Source: the human T2T-CHM13v2.0 reference genome, Homo sapiens | Assembly (NCBI RefSeq): GCF_009914755.1 | Contig: NC_060934.1 | DNA length: 64,000 nt | Reading direction: 5' to 3' (one strand) | In this document: in pieces, positions 13,545-26,639 of the stretch | Layout: every line of letters begins with the position of its first letter | Position numbering within the stretch: position 1 is the first letter of the stretch | Notes under the pieces: model-generated | Told to the model about the DNA's origin: nothing | Databases searched by the model: none | Seen by the model: the letters and a program-made list of their open reading frames with translations, nothing else | Program-made: the position numbers and the translations under genes

Positions 13545-13690
13545 AATCTGAAAGCTGAGAAATGCTCATTAGTCTTCTAGTCCCAGCCTCTCAGTTGACT
13601 GATGATGACACATAGATCCAACGACTTTAAGTGACCTGTCCAGGGTCACTCAGCAGCACAATGCGGGCCTTCTGTTCCCAGGCTTCTTTA
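13545..13690 (-). mobile_element. MIR/MIR3 fragment
   Basis: TTAAGTGACCTGTCCAGGGTCACTCAGC. Confidence 0.55.
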
Positions 13691-14445
13691 TAATCAGACC
13701 TACCAAACTTTAGCTTCAACATGAGAGATGAAATCAATGGCATCAAAAATTCTGTTGGGGGAGAAAATAGGAACTAACATTTCATGACACTATAAAGCTC
13801 CTACAGTACTTCTAAAAACTAAGTTTTGTGGCAAGAGGGAAAAATAACACCATATAAACATTAATATGAAATGTTCAATCCAGTTTCAAAAGCAATGCAC
13901 AATATTTTCTGAGTAAACTGAAATGCTCCCAAAATAGGCTGTCTTTTCTTCTGAATAATTTGCCTTTAAAAAAATGAATAGGGAAGAAAATTTTTCAAAG
14001 GCTGGCACAGAAACTTGTGCAAGGATGTCTACTCCACTGCTTTATATATCTCTATTCCTAAATTCGTCGATTCATTCAACAGGTATTTTGGGGGCATCTA
14101 CAATTCCAAAGCATTGAGGTAAGTGCTGTATATAAGGAACCTATCTGGATACAAGCAAATGATGCTTACTAATATTTTCAGCACAAGTAACCACATCTAA
14201 ACAAGCAAGCAATGCAGCAACAAAGATTTCTGGTATGTATTTTGGTAGGCTATTAGGAATGCAGACCACAGCTCTCTTTTCTTCTAGAAACTTCCATATT
14301 TAAAATAAATAGTAACTGGTTTTTCTGTGCAATGATATTGCCCCCAAGGTAGCAATGAGAGGTATCAATAAAAGGGGTTAAAACACCCCAGGTCACATCC
14401 CTCCAGAACTCCTGTTACAGAACTCTCCCAGCAGCCCAAATTAAA

Positions 14446-14465
14446 ATATATATATATATATATAT
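14446..14465. repeat. (TA)n microsatellite
   Basis: Direct reading. Confidence 0.85.
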
Positions 14466-14784
14466 TCTTTTAAAGTGGCCTTTCACTCAACATTCTCCTT
14501 CCTAATCCTTTTCTCAGTACCAAGAATAAATATATGTTAAAAACAAATTAAAAGTAAATAAGGGCTTATTTTTCCCCGCAGAGCCAGCAGTTTTCTCTCC
14601 TCACATGAATTTAAACCTCTCTAGCTATTCCTATCAGTGAACATTATTTAACCCCTCCATGATTTAAATGCATCTAAATGCTTTGACATAATATTGCTAA
14701 GTAATACTAATGTCACTAAAGGTAAAAAATAGCACGAACTGTTTACCACGTGCTAGGCTCGTTCCTTTAGATATACATAAAATA

Positions 14785-15079
14785 TTTCCAGAAACAGGCT
14801 CTCACTCTGTTGCTCAGGCTGGGGTGCAGTGGCGCAATCATTGCTTGCTGCAGCCACGACTTCCTGCCTCCTGGGTTCAAGCAATCCTCCCATCTCAGCC
14901 TCCTGAGTAGCTGGGACTACAGGTGCATACTACCATGGCCAGCTAATTTTTGCTTGTTTGTTCTTGTAGAGGCAGGGTCTCTGTTGCTTATGCTGGTCTC
15001 AAACTCCTGGCTTCAAGCAATCCTCCTGCCTGGCCTCCCAAAGTGTTGGGATTACAGGCATGAGCCACCATGCCCAACC
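14785..15079 (-). mobile_element. AluJ SINE inserted in a minus-strand MIR (about 14720-15200)
   Basis: J-type CAAGCAATCCTCC segments; degenerate TSD CTAGGCTC(G/A)TT; MIR sequence resumes after 15080. Confidence 0.88.
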
Positions 15080-16213
15080 TAGGCTCATTTCTAAATGTTT
15101 TACATGTACTAATTCATTGAATCATGCCAAGAGCACTCTGAGGCATGTTAACATTACTATCCTAGTTTTAGAGAGGAGGGAGCTAGAATAGAGTTACTAA
15201 AAAAGCAGGCACAGTTGTTCGGCAAACGACATTGCATGAAATGCATGCAATGCATCCAGTCGACAAAGTGTTAGTGGGAAACCTCCACTCCCTCAGTTTC
15301 ATGCTTTCATTTGTAGAACTTTCCATTAGCCTAATAGTTCAGCCTTCTCTCCCACCTTCTCCCTGGTGGAGGAGAAGTTAATTATGTGAATAGCGAGTTT
15401 GGGAGAAAGGCTACCCTGCTCATAGATGGAGTGTATTCCAGGCTGTTGCCTTCTACATTGAAAATCAGTCTCACTCAAGTATGAAATACCAGAAAACCCA
15501 TTTGGCCAACCAACTTTATTTCCAAATCTCTATATTTCAAATTCCTATTGGTATATCCATTGGTCCCAAAATTGGACGAGAAAAAAAAGGTGTCATTCAA
15601 CTGTCCACTCTGCCAAACTCTAACACAAATAACTTTAATTCCTAACTGGGTGGCAAGATATTTGAGAAAAAGGTAAATATTTCTTTTACAAAAAAAAGGA
15701 AACCAAAACTCAAAGGTATGTAAGAACATAACCAGTCCAGTCCAATAAGGTGTCTGCAGAGGAGATCATGAATGAACCTGCTCCTCTAACTGACCGTCAA
15801 GGGACATCTTAAAGGACAAGGCTATTTATCTACTTTCTTTACCACGTATAACCAGAAAACACTGCTTCCTTACCAAATAAATAAAACGCACACAGATAAC
15901 CTTTTCTATTGGAGCATCCTAATTTAAAGTAGTAGAAAATTCCTTAGCAGTAGTCTCATTATTGTCACAAAGCATGCAAAGTATTTCAGTATTGCACATT
16001 ATCTTCCCAGTCTGTCAAAGTCTGTATTTTTATCCATTGCATGGATACTTCTACCATAAAAAGTATAGTGACAAAAATACTACCCACAACTTGGTAACAG
16101 AGGAATAAAAATGTCACTAATCTCTAACTTTGTCATTTGATCTTTCCTATCACCCTCCAAATGCAATGTTTCTCATTTCAAAAATACATTTTAAAAGACA
16201 TTCATTAACTTGC

Positions 16214-16280
16214 TTTTATTTTTTTATTTTTTTAATTATACTTTAAGTTCTGGAACACATGTGCAGAACGCATGGGTTTG
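16214..16280 (-). mobile_element. Extremely truncated L1PA 3' end
   Basis: Poly-T then ATTATACTTTAAGTTCTGGAACACATGTGCAGAACG. Confidence 0.8.
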
Positions 16281-16353
16281 GTTAAAGATAAAAAACAAAA
16301 CAAAACAAAACAAAAGGGCGTTCATTCAATAATACTGACTTTTTCTGCTGTAG

Positions 16354-17118
16354 ATTTTTTTTTTTTTTTACTTTTGAGTTCAGGGGTACATGTGCAGGTT
16401 TGTTACATAGGTAAACTTGTGTCATGGGGGTTTGTTGCATAGATTATTTCGTCACCCAAGTATTAAGCCCAGCATCCATTAGGTATTCTTCCTGATGCTC
16501 TCCCTCCCCCACCGCCCCCCTCTGACAGGCCCCAGTGTGTGTTGTTCACCTCTATGTGTCCACGTGTTCTCATCATTCAGCTCCCACTTGTAAGTGAGAA
16601 CATGCAGTGTTTGGTTTTCTGTTCCCACATTAGTTTGCTAAGAATAACGGCCTCCAGCTCCATCCATGTCCCTGGAAAGGACATGATCCTGTTCTTTTGG
16701 ATGGCTGCATAGTGTTCCATGGTATGTATGTACCATATTTTCTTTATCCAGTCTATCACTGATGGGCATTTAGGTGGATTCCATGTCTTTGCTATTGTGA
16801 ATACTGCTGCAATGAACATACCTGTGCATGTGTCTTTGTAATAGAACAATTTATATTCCTTTGGGTATATACCCAGTAATGAGATGGCTGGGTTTGTTTA
16901 ATTTGTATAAGTTCCTTATAGATTCTGGATATTAGACCTTTGTCAAATGTATAGCTTGCAAAAATTTTCTCCTATTATTTAGGTTATCTGTTTACTCTGC
17001 TGATAGTTTCTTTAACTGTGCAGAAGCTCTTTAGTTTAATTAGATCCCATTTGTCAATTTTTGCTTTTGATGAGACTACTTTTGGCATCTTCTTCATGAA
17101 ATCTTTGCCTGTGCCTAT
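16354..17118 (-). mobile_element. 5'-truncated L1PA (PA13-like) with internal deletion near 16893
   Basis: Reverse L1 3'UTR and ORF2 C-terminus (ORF 16577-16849 KDTCTGMFIAAVFTIAKTWNPPKCPS); sequence jumps after GATGGCTGGGT. Confidence 0.88.
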
Positions 17119-17339
17119 TTTAATGCAGATAATTTGAGCTTCCTGCTTTACTATTCAAACTGCACTTAATGAGAATGGTTTCCTTAGTGTTCTATGAGCA
17201 AAAATTTCAAAATAGAAAACAAGCCATGTTTATCTCATAAGTTTAGAATATTTACTTTTCCATAAATGTATATAGGAAAAGTCAGTCAATCAGCTCTCTC
17301 AGCTGGAGAGAACAAATAATAGCTAGACTAGCACTTAGA

Positions 17340-17520
17340 TGCTTTGACTTTTGCAACAACCCTAATGTAGATAAGGCATCCCTGTTTTCCAAAGAAAAGC
17401 CTGAAGTTCAGAAAAATACAGTGACATGCCTAAGTTAACCTACTTACTAAGTGACGGGGCTCAATTTTAAACACAGTTCTTCTATTTGAGCCAAAGTTTG
17501 TGGTTTTTGTCTGCTAGAAC
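17340..17520 (-). mobile_element. MIR SINE
   Basis: CAACAACCCTAATGTAGATAAGG...AGTGACATGCCTAAG. Confidence 0.6.
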
Positions 17521-18779
17521 ACTAACCATGAAAACCAAAAATAACAACAACAACAAAAAAGTTTCTAAGTAGCCAGAGAAAAAAAGACAACATATGAGAA
17601 GAAGAAGAGGAATGATGGCAGACATCTCATTCGAAACAGGCATCCAGAAAACAATAATCAACATCTAAAGAGAAGGAGAAAAAAAAGACTGAATGCCCAC
17701 CTAGAATTCTATATACAACAAAAAAATCTTTTAAAAAATAAAGACATTTTCACACAAATGAAAATGAGAGATTTGTTGCCAGTAAACCCACACTATAAGA
17801 AATGCTGAAGGAAGCTCTTCAAGCTAAAGCAAAATGATACCAGATATAGATGTAAACCCATAGAAAGGAATGAGGAACCTTGGAAATAATACATTGTATG
17901 TTAACATAAAAGACTTTTTTTCTTAATTTATTTAAAACATATATGACTAATACATACTATATTAAAAGTATAATATTGTATTATATAGTTTGTGACATAT
18001 ATAGATATAAAATGTACAAAGACAATAGCACAACAGATGGGGAGAGGCAAATGAAACCATATTATTGTAGGTTTCTTATATTTTACATGAAGCAATACCA
18101 TATTAATTCAAGGAAAATTTTTTACTAAGGGTGAATATTGTGATCTGCAGAGTAACTACAAAACAGTAGTGCAAAGAAAACCTGAGAGAAATGTAAATGT
18201 TATACTAAAAATATTCAATAAACAGAGACACAGAATTTTTTAAAAGTCTAAAGGATAAGACATATAGGAAACAAGTTTTAAAATGGTAGATCTAAAACTA
18301 ACATGTCAATATACAGTAAATGTAAATAGACTAAACATTTAATTAAAAGGCAGAAATCACCAGAATACATTAAAAAATGATACTGAACTATATGGTACCT
18401 AAATAGATGCATTTTAAATACAAAGTCACAGATAAACATGTAATAAAAGGATATACCAGTAGAAACTCAATACAAAAACCAGACAAACATAATAAAAAAA
18501 GACTACAGACTTATATCCCTCATAAAACATACATGGAGAAATTCTCAACAAAATACAGTGCTGGCATAAGGACAGATGAATAGAACAATGGATCAAAACA
18601 GAGATCACAAATAGACACACACATATACGACCAACAGATTTTCTGACCAAGATGTCAAAATAATTCAGTGGGTGTAAGGATAATTTTTTCAACAAATTGA
18701 GCAGAAACAAATAAATATTCATAGGGAAAGAAAAATGAATCCTGACTCCTACCTCACACTAATAACAAAAATTACTTAG

Positions 18780-18907
18780 AGCTGAGAGTGGTTGCGTGCA
18801 CCTGTAATCACAACTACTCAAGAGGCCGAGGTAAGAGGATCACTTGAGCCCAGGAGTTCATATCCATCCTGGGCAACACAAGAAGACCCCATTTATTAAA
18901 AAAAAAT
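18780..18907 (+). mobile_element. FLAM (free left Alu monomer)
   Basis: Single arm GGATCACTTGAGCCCAGGAGTTC...CCTGGGCAACA...GACCCCAT plus A tail. Confidence 0.85.
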
Positions 18908-19573
18908 ACTTTGAGAGAGGTCATACAACTAATTATAAAAGCTAAAACTATAAAGTATTTTAGGAAAACGTAGAACAATGGCTTTGCAATGATGAGGTAG
19001 ACAAAATACTACCAATAAAAGAAAAACTAGCTAGTTGGACTTCATCAATATCAAAACTGCTTTTTGAAAGACAAAGTTAAGAAAATGAAAAGGCAACCAC
19101 CAACTGGAAAAAATTCACCATACATGTATCTGACCAAAGACACGTATCCAGAATATATAAAGAACCACCATAATTTAATTTTTGAAAAGTCACACAACCC
19201 AATTGTTAAAATAGTAAAAGATTTGACAAGATACTTCATAAAAGAGGACACATGAATGGCCAATAAGTACATGAAAAAATTTTCAACATCATTAGTCACC
19301 AAGGAAACAACAGGAATCTACAAGATACCACTTTACCTGCACTGGAATGCTAATTTTAAAAATACTGAAAAAAGCAAGAGTTGGCAAAGACTTGGAGTAC
19401 ATCAGAGCATCTCATAAGTTGCTGATGGGCATACTGAATTATAAAGCCCTTTAGAAAAATGTTTGACAATTTTTAAGTAAATTTTTTATAAGATTAAATA
19501 TACACTTACCCAATAATATACTTCTAAGAACACACTCAAAAGACATGAAAACTTGCGAACTTGTGTCCACAAA

Positions 19574-20634
19574 TGTTGCGGGAAGTCAGGGACCCCAAAT
19601 GGAGGGACTGGCTGAAGCCATGGCAGAAGAACATAAATTATGAAGATTTCATGGACATTTATTAGTTCCCCAAATTAATACTTTTATAATTTCTTACGCC
19701 TGTCTTTACTGCAATCTCTGAACATAAATTGTGAAGATTTCATGGACACTTATCACTTCCCCAATCAATACTCTAGTGATTTCCTACGCCTGTCTTTACT
19801 TTAATCTCTTAATCCCGTCATCTTCGTAAACTGAGGATGAATGTCACCTCAGGACCCTGTGATGATTGTGTTAACTGTACAAATTGTTTAAACAATATGA
19901 AATCTGGGCACCTTGAAAAAAGAACAGGATAACAGCGATGTTCAGGGAACAAGGGAGATAACCTTAAAGGCTGGCTGCCTGTGGGCTGGGTGGAACAGAG
20001 CCATATTTCTCTTCTTTCAAAAGCAAATAGGAGAAATATCACTGAATTCTCTTTCTCAGCAAGGAACACCCCTGAGAAAGAGAATGCATTTCTAAGGGGA
20101 GGCCTCTGAAATGGCTGCTTTGGGAATGTCTGTCTTTTACGATTGTAGATAAGGGAAGAGATAAGCCCCCATCTCCCCTAGTGCTCCCAGGCTTATTAGG
20201 ATGAGGAAATTCCCACCTAATCAATTTTGGTCAGACTGGTTGTCTGCTCTCAAACCCTGCCTCCTGGTAAGATGTTATCAATGACAATGCGTGCCCGAAA
20301 CTTCATTAGCAATTTTAATTTTGCCCCGGTCCTCTGATCTCACCCTGCCTCCATTTGCCTTGTGACATTTTATTACCTTGTGAAGCATGTGATCTCTGTG
20401 ACCCACACCCTATTCATACACTCCCTCCCTTTTTGAAAATCACTAATAAAAACTTGCTGGTTTTGCGGCTTGCTGGGCATCACAGAACCTGCCAACATGT
20501 GATGTCTCCCCCAGACACCCAGCTTTAAAATTTCTCCCTTTTGTATTCTTTCCCTGTATTTCTCAAACAGGCCAACACTTAGGGAAAATAGAAAAGGACC
20601 CATATCGAATATCAGGGGCTGGTTTCCCCCGATA
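19574..20634 (+). mobile_element. MER11 (MER11C-like) solo LTR of HERV-K11/HML-8
   Basis: TGTTGCGGGAAGTCAGGGACCCC start, TTCCCCCGATA end, internal ~91-bp repeat (GAACATAAATT.TGAAGATTTCATGGACA), AATAAA near 20445; perfect 6-bp TSD CACAAA (19568-19573, 20635-20640). Confidence 0.93.
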
Positions 20635-21785
20635 CACAAAAAGACATACAATAATGTTCACAGTAGTTATATTCATAACAGCCAAAAACTGTAGACCATC
20701 CAAATGTCTATCAATAGGTGAATAACTTCATGCAATAGAATACTACTCAATAGCATGATACATGCAGTAAGAGTATGAATCTATAAACCACCAGCAAGTG
20801 GAGCAAAAGACACCAGGAGCATAAGCACACTCAGTATAACTACATATCTGAAGTTCTGAAAGAGGCAAAATCTACTGATAGAATCACACTCGCACACGTG
20901 TTTGCCTCTGGGATGGCACACCTGACTGAAAGTGGACACAAGAGAACTTTTTGGGATGATAGAGATGTTGGTTCACTATTCACTTCAAATTTGTACATTG
21001 TATAAATTATACCTAAATTTTAAAATAAATCACAAAATAACTTATTTGAATGAGTTCTGGAGGAGATATGGTCTCTCACAGGTCAAAAGTGTTTCTTTCT
21101 TATCTTGGGGAACAACTTCTAAAGCCTCAAAAATAGAAGGTGTGTGTGTTTAATTTACACATGTCATTTTTGAAATATATACCCAATCAAAGCAAAGGAA
21201 AACAAACTATTGTCTGCTTCCTATCTAAATAGTCTTTGAACATTTGTTCCAACCAAGGAGAATTAAAAGCAATCTGTCATTTAGATTTTATTTAATTTTA
21301 CTTACCACATTAACAATTTAAAGGTTACTTTTAACAATTCAAGGGAGAGAGACTCAAAAAGAAAATAAACTATAAAACACAAATCCAAATTTTCTAATGT
21401 CTTATTCATTCTAAAATACTAAATTCCTACTATAATCCAGGTAAGATGATAGTCACTAGAGAAATGAAAATTAAATTTTACACCCTGCTGTTAAGGACTT
21501 CTAAGTCTAGTGGAAGAGATATACATAAATAATTACCTTAAAGTATAAATAAGTGTTCTTGAATATAAATTGGTAAAAACCTTACTTGGGGAAAATGTAT
21601 CATTTCTTTCCTCTTTAAAATTGTAACACTTAATACTGATAAATATTATGTAAGAAGTAAACAAAATAAAGTCAGTTATTCCTTCTGAAGGAAACAATAA
21701 TTTTAAGAAAAAAATTATTTTATCAACTATCTCAATGTAAACATATTTCTTAGCTCAAAAATATAACCCATATTGTTTCTGCTTC

Positions 21786-22017
21786 TTTTTAAATTATTCT
21801 TAATTGACAAATAAAAATTGTACATGTTTATCATGTATAACATGTTTTGAAATACATATACATTGTGGAATAGCTAAATGGAACTAACTAACATATGCAT
21901 TACCTCACACATCCTGTTTTGTGGTAAGAATACTTCAAATCTACTCTTTTATCAATTTTCAAGCATATAATACATGGTTATTTACTGGAGTCATCATGAA
22001 GTACAATAGATCTCTTG
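21786..22017 (-). mobile_element. L1MA-type 3' end fragment
   Basis: TAATTGACAAATAAAAATTGTA...ATATGCATTACCTCACA...TACAATAGATCTCTTG. Confidence 0.8.
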
Positions 22018-22292
22018 TCCATAGTCATTTTAAAGAAAATAATCCCATGTGCAGCAAAGGAGACTAGGCAACTTGTCCTATACCACTTCCTCACACCCTT
22101 CACCCCCAAATTCCACAGCTGGTTCAACTGGGATAGGTTCCAGTGCAAAGTAATCTGAAGGCTAGTCAGGAACTGTAGTGACTCCCTCAAAATGAAGAGA
22201 TGGGATGGATCAATTCACAGTCTCAGGAATCCAAACTGTGAAACAAATTCTTTCTCTTTCATTTTCTCCTGAGCCTACTTTTGTCCCCACCA

Positions 22293-22430
22293 CTGTATAT
22301 TCAGCTGTTTGGGAAGCTGAGGCAGGAGGATCACTTGGGCCCAAGAGGTGGATGGAGGCTGTAGTGAGCTGTGATGGCTCCACTGCACTTGAGCCTGGGC
22401 AACAGAGCAAGACCTTGTCTCAAAAAAAAA
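22293..22430 (+). mobile_element. Old Alu right monomer (FRAM/AluJ arm)
   Basis: GAGGCAGGAGGATCACTTG...GCAAGACCTTGTCTC-A tail. Confidence 0.8.
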
Positions 22431-22454
22431 TTAATGAAAAATTTATCTTCTAAA

Positions 22455-22618
22455 ACAATATAAGAAGAGTATATTTTTTAACATTTTTCTTTAATATCTG
22501 GCTTAAGAGAAAATCACAAATTCCCTTATTAATGTCTGCAGTCAATCTATTGTGATACCATATACAGCCTCTGGAAAACTCTATTGCACACTAGAGAATG
22601 ATTGTGAAAAAGGGAAAT
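22455..22618. mobile_element. Charlie1-family hAT fragment
   Basis: CTTTAATATCTGGCTTAA...AGCCTCTGGAAAACTC; family assignment from memory. Confidence 0.5.
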
Positions 22619-22632
22619 AAGAATGAAAGACA

Positions 22633-23200
<568 letters not shown>

Positions 23201-23544
23201 ATTTTTTTAGGTCTTTAAATCTCACATATAAAATGAGAACAGAGGAATTTTTAAAGCAAGCAATATGTTTTAAAAAGAGAAAGAAAATAAAAAGCAGAAA
23301 GTGTAGCTCTTAAAATTTATTTCTTAAACTTAAGAGCTCTGGAAAACCAGGTAATAATTTTGAGGTTCCGTTAGTTGAGCACAGAAAACTAATCCATCTA
23401 CCTACCTGCCTATGTATTATTTTTGCTTGAGAACAGATATGGTTAAATCCTCAGTGTTCACAATGTATAACACATTCTGCTAGGAATTGGAAAGCTTCCT
23501 AAGATGAACAATGATTTCCTTTTAGAGTAACCTGGGGTGGTGGA

Positions 23545-24220
23545 GGGAGTGCAGGGCTTTGATTATGACAGATCTGAGTCTGAACAAGAGGTCCAGTGCT
23601 TATGAACTATGTAGTCTTAGACAAGGCTGAGCTCCACTTTCCTGCAAAATAAAAAAAGTATCAAGGGCTCTGTACTTAACCCTGAACTACTCTTTCCTAG
23701 GATGGTCTTGCCCCGATACAGCAGGCTCACCCCTCCACTTTCTTCATGTCCTTACTTAGATGTTGCCTTCTCAATGAGGCCTTCCTGGCTTCTCTACAAA
23801 TAGTGTGTGCACGTGTGTGTGTGTGTGTGTGTGTGTACACACATGCCCCAATTAGACTTACACTCCCCATCCACTTCTCTTCTTTATTTTTTGCCATAGC
23901 CTCTGATCCAACAGGTTATCAGTGATAACCCTGATCACCACTTAGCATACATGTATTTTCCTTATTCATCTAGTTTGTCATCTTTCTCCCACTAGACTAT
24001 TAGCTCCATAATACACGTGTTGGTTGTTCTTTTTTTTTCTACTTGTCAATTTTGCTCACTGCCTAAAATGTCTAAAGGAGGGCCTAGAAAATGAAAGTGT
24101 CACTAAAAATCCACAGAATGAAGTAAGATAATGAAGGTCCCTGCAAGATTCCAGGGCTTCATTCAAGATTATGTAAATAAAGACCTTAGAATATAAAAGG
24201 CACTTAGTTAATATTATCTT
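23545..24220 (+). mobile_element. L2 3' fragment (about 23665-24125) apparently nested in a MIR
   Basis: CCTTCTCAATGAGGCCTTCC and CCCACTAGACTATTAGCTCCAT (L2); MIR-like halves on either side. Confidence 0.55.
23803..23845. repeat. (TG)n/(CA)n alternating purine-pyrimidine tract
   Basis: Direct reading. Confidence 0.85.
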
Positions 24221-26639
24221 TAGAGAAAAGACTATATGAAACCATTAATAGAATTTTTTTTAATAATGAGAATAACAGTGTCAGAGATGACACAAGACAG
24301 TTGATTCAGCAACAAAAATGTGGAAGAAGAAATAATTTCTATAAATCCATGGTAGTGAAATCATATCATTCTGGGTTATTCTATATGATGAGACTAAGAA
24401 ATTTATACTTTACAGGAAACAAAGTGGAAGAGAGGAGTGAGTGTGAAAGCAGATTAAGGATTACAAGTGGATGTTATTTATGTGCCCTTCACCCCTGGTT
24501 AGCCATCCCTAACTGGGCCCAATAACTGAAACAGACAAGAAAGTCAATTTTATTTTTCTTTGATTTACTCACTTTAACAGAGGGAAAGGGAATAGAATGT
24601 GAGAATGCTGGGACAATAATCATGCCTTCAAATATTTTTCTTGACAACTGCTTTTCTGACTGTATGGGAGTCTATAAGTGAGTATACTAATAATTAATAT
24701 TTTCCAAGGAAACATTTTAGAAGAAAAAGATTCCATAAATAAGCTATTAGTTACCTAATTTGTGTTTCAATTATGGTTTCTTTCCCAAAATAGTTCAGGA
24801 AGAAATAAATATAGGAAGTTAATATAAAAATATCCAACACATTTTTAAATGTGATATAAAAAAATTATCAAGTGACCCAAGATTAAAAAACCCAGTACAA
24901 AAAAGAGAAAAAGACTTATCCACATCAAGAAAGCTTTCTTCATTTTAATAATTTCCTAATAAACCTTTTAAAATTATTAGTTTGATAAACTTTCCTTATC
25001 AACTTAAATTTATTCAATTTATTAAAAATATCATTGATATAATATTCAGAAATATACTCATTACATTAAAAATACAAACAACTGTTAAAAGAAAAAGAAA
25101 ACTCTAGGAGAATTTATATTTACATTCTAAAATTTGAACAAAAAATAACAAATAGTGGATGCTTTGGATTAAGTAATTTTAAGTCTGAAAATATTTATAA
25201 CATGAGATGCAAACTATTTTCCTCCTTAGAAACTATTTCCAATATGAAGTAAACATTATAATTATTAAAAAATGATTTTTAATGGCTAAATGTGGAGATC
25301 TGTCAAGCTTACACATTTTAAAAAATTAAAACTTCCAAACACAGCTACTTAACAATCATAATAAATATAGCTTTCTAAGCCCTCCAAATATTAATTTTAA
25401 AATTTCTAATCATAATGTAGTCTTATGTTAGCATGTGGCTGACAAGTGATGCTATGAATCCAGTTGGCATGTTTACCGTGTTATGTTTCTGGTTCCTCTC
25501 ATGGCAGAGATTTAAAACACACTACTAACTTTCAAAAACTTCAAAACACATAACTGTACCAGGCAACCATTATCCCTACTCTGATCATTAAAACTTGAGC
25601 ATTCTACCAATTTAAATCAACATTTATTCCATTTAATATTTCCTTAATACCATAATACATGCTAAAAATTATTCATCAGCTTAAGTCACACAAAATATAT
25701 TGCTGGTTCAAGGAAATTAGGTTCTAATGTGGCAATGCAGACTGAGGGCTTGGTCAGAGAGGACTACTTGCATTATATCAGCAACACGAGCAGCAGACCC
25801 ACCTCTGCAGAATTAATATAACATGGGATTCTGAAGAAAAAAAACTAAAGTTCATAACAGCATGTGATTCATTCAGGTGAGTGGCACACATATGTGTTAC
25901 ATATTTCTATCAAATGGCAATGCTTCTCACTAGATATACCCCTATTTAGTGCTGAAGAATTACAGAGTCAGCTGAACTGCAGATCTGCACACTGCACATT
26001 TAAGCCATAACATTAAAAATATCTTCTTGAGACTAGTTTCTTTTTTTGAAATCACTAACATATTCTACTAATTGCAACTATTTGCCCTTACAAATAATAT
26101 TACACTCATTCAGAATCAAATGAAATAACACTGAGTAAAAGGACTAAGGTACTACAGAGTCTCTCTCAGGGTATCATTAAATGGACCCATGGCAGATATC
26201 ATGTAACAAATAATATTTCCTTATTATTTGTTATTTCTCAGTCATAGAGCATTACTTAGGAATCAAATCCTACTTAGAAGGGTAAAATATACATAGTACA
26301 TATAGTAAAATATTAGAAAATTAATCTATAAATACATATAATAAAATGCTAGACAATCAAATGGACAAAAATAAATCTCATTTTGATAAATAATATCTCC
26401 AAGACATCAAAGTCTCAGCCAACTTAGAGAGCACATTACAAGGGGTTATTCTCCACCTCACTCTTCACCTAATCTGACTGTGTATAGCAGACATTTAAAT
26501 TAAAAGAGGAGACTGCGCTGTACCTAAGTTTTTAATAATTTTTTGAGTTCTGTCGTAAATGAGTATCCACCTCATCTATTAGAAGCACATACTAAAACAA
26601 AACAACAAAATAGGTCTATTTTTGAAGAATGATACACTA

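Larger units (their letters stand above)
17540..21030 (+). mobile_element. Old, internally deleted L1M (ORF1 end, EN start, RT piece, ORF2 3' part, 3'UTR), interrupted by FLAM and MER11
   Basis: CCTAGAATTCTATAT (ORF1), AAATGTAAATAGACTAAAC (EN), ATTCTCAACAAAATA (RT), ATGAAAAGGCAACCAC, TCATAACAGCCAAAAACTG; colinear across both insertions. Confidence 0.8.

Noticed and set aside
15210-15460. Imperfect stem-loops (CATTGCATG/CATGCAATG; AGCCTTCTCTCCCA/TGGGAGAAAGGCT) as an ncRNA
   Set aside because: No tRNA, snoRNA or miRNA hallmarks identifiable; pairing is short and gapped.
19629-19805. ~91-bp direct repeat as CRISPR-like or novel array
   Set aside because: Only two units, no spacers; internal feature of the MER11 LTR.
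21306-21369. 64-nt minus-strand pseudo-exon (ttttatag|...GTG|gtaagt)
   Set aside because: Splice sites look fair but the body is very U-rich and intron-like; no other support.
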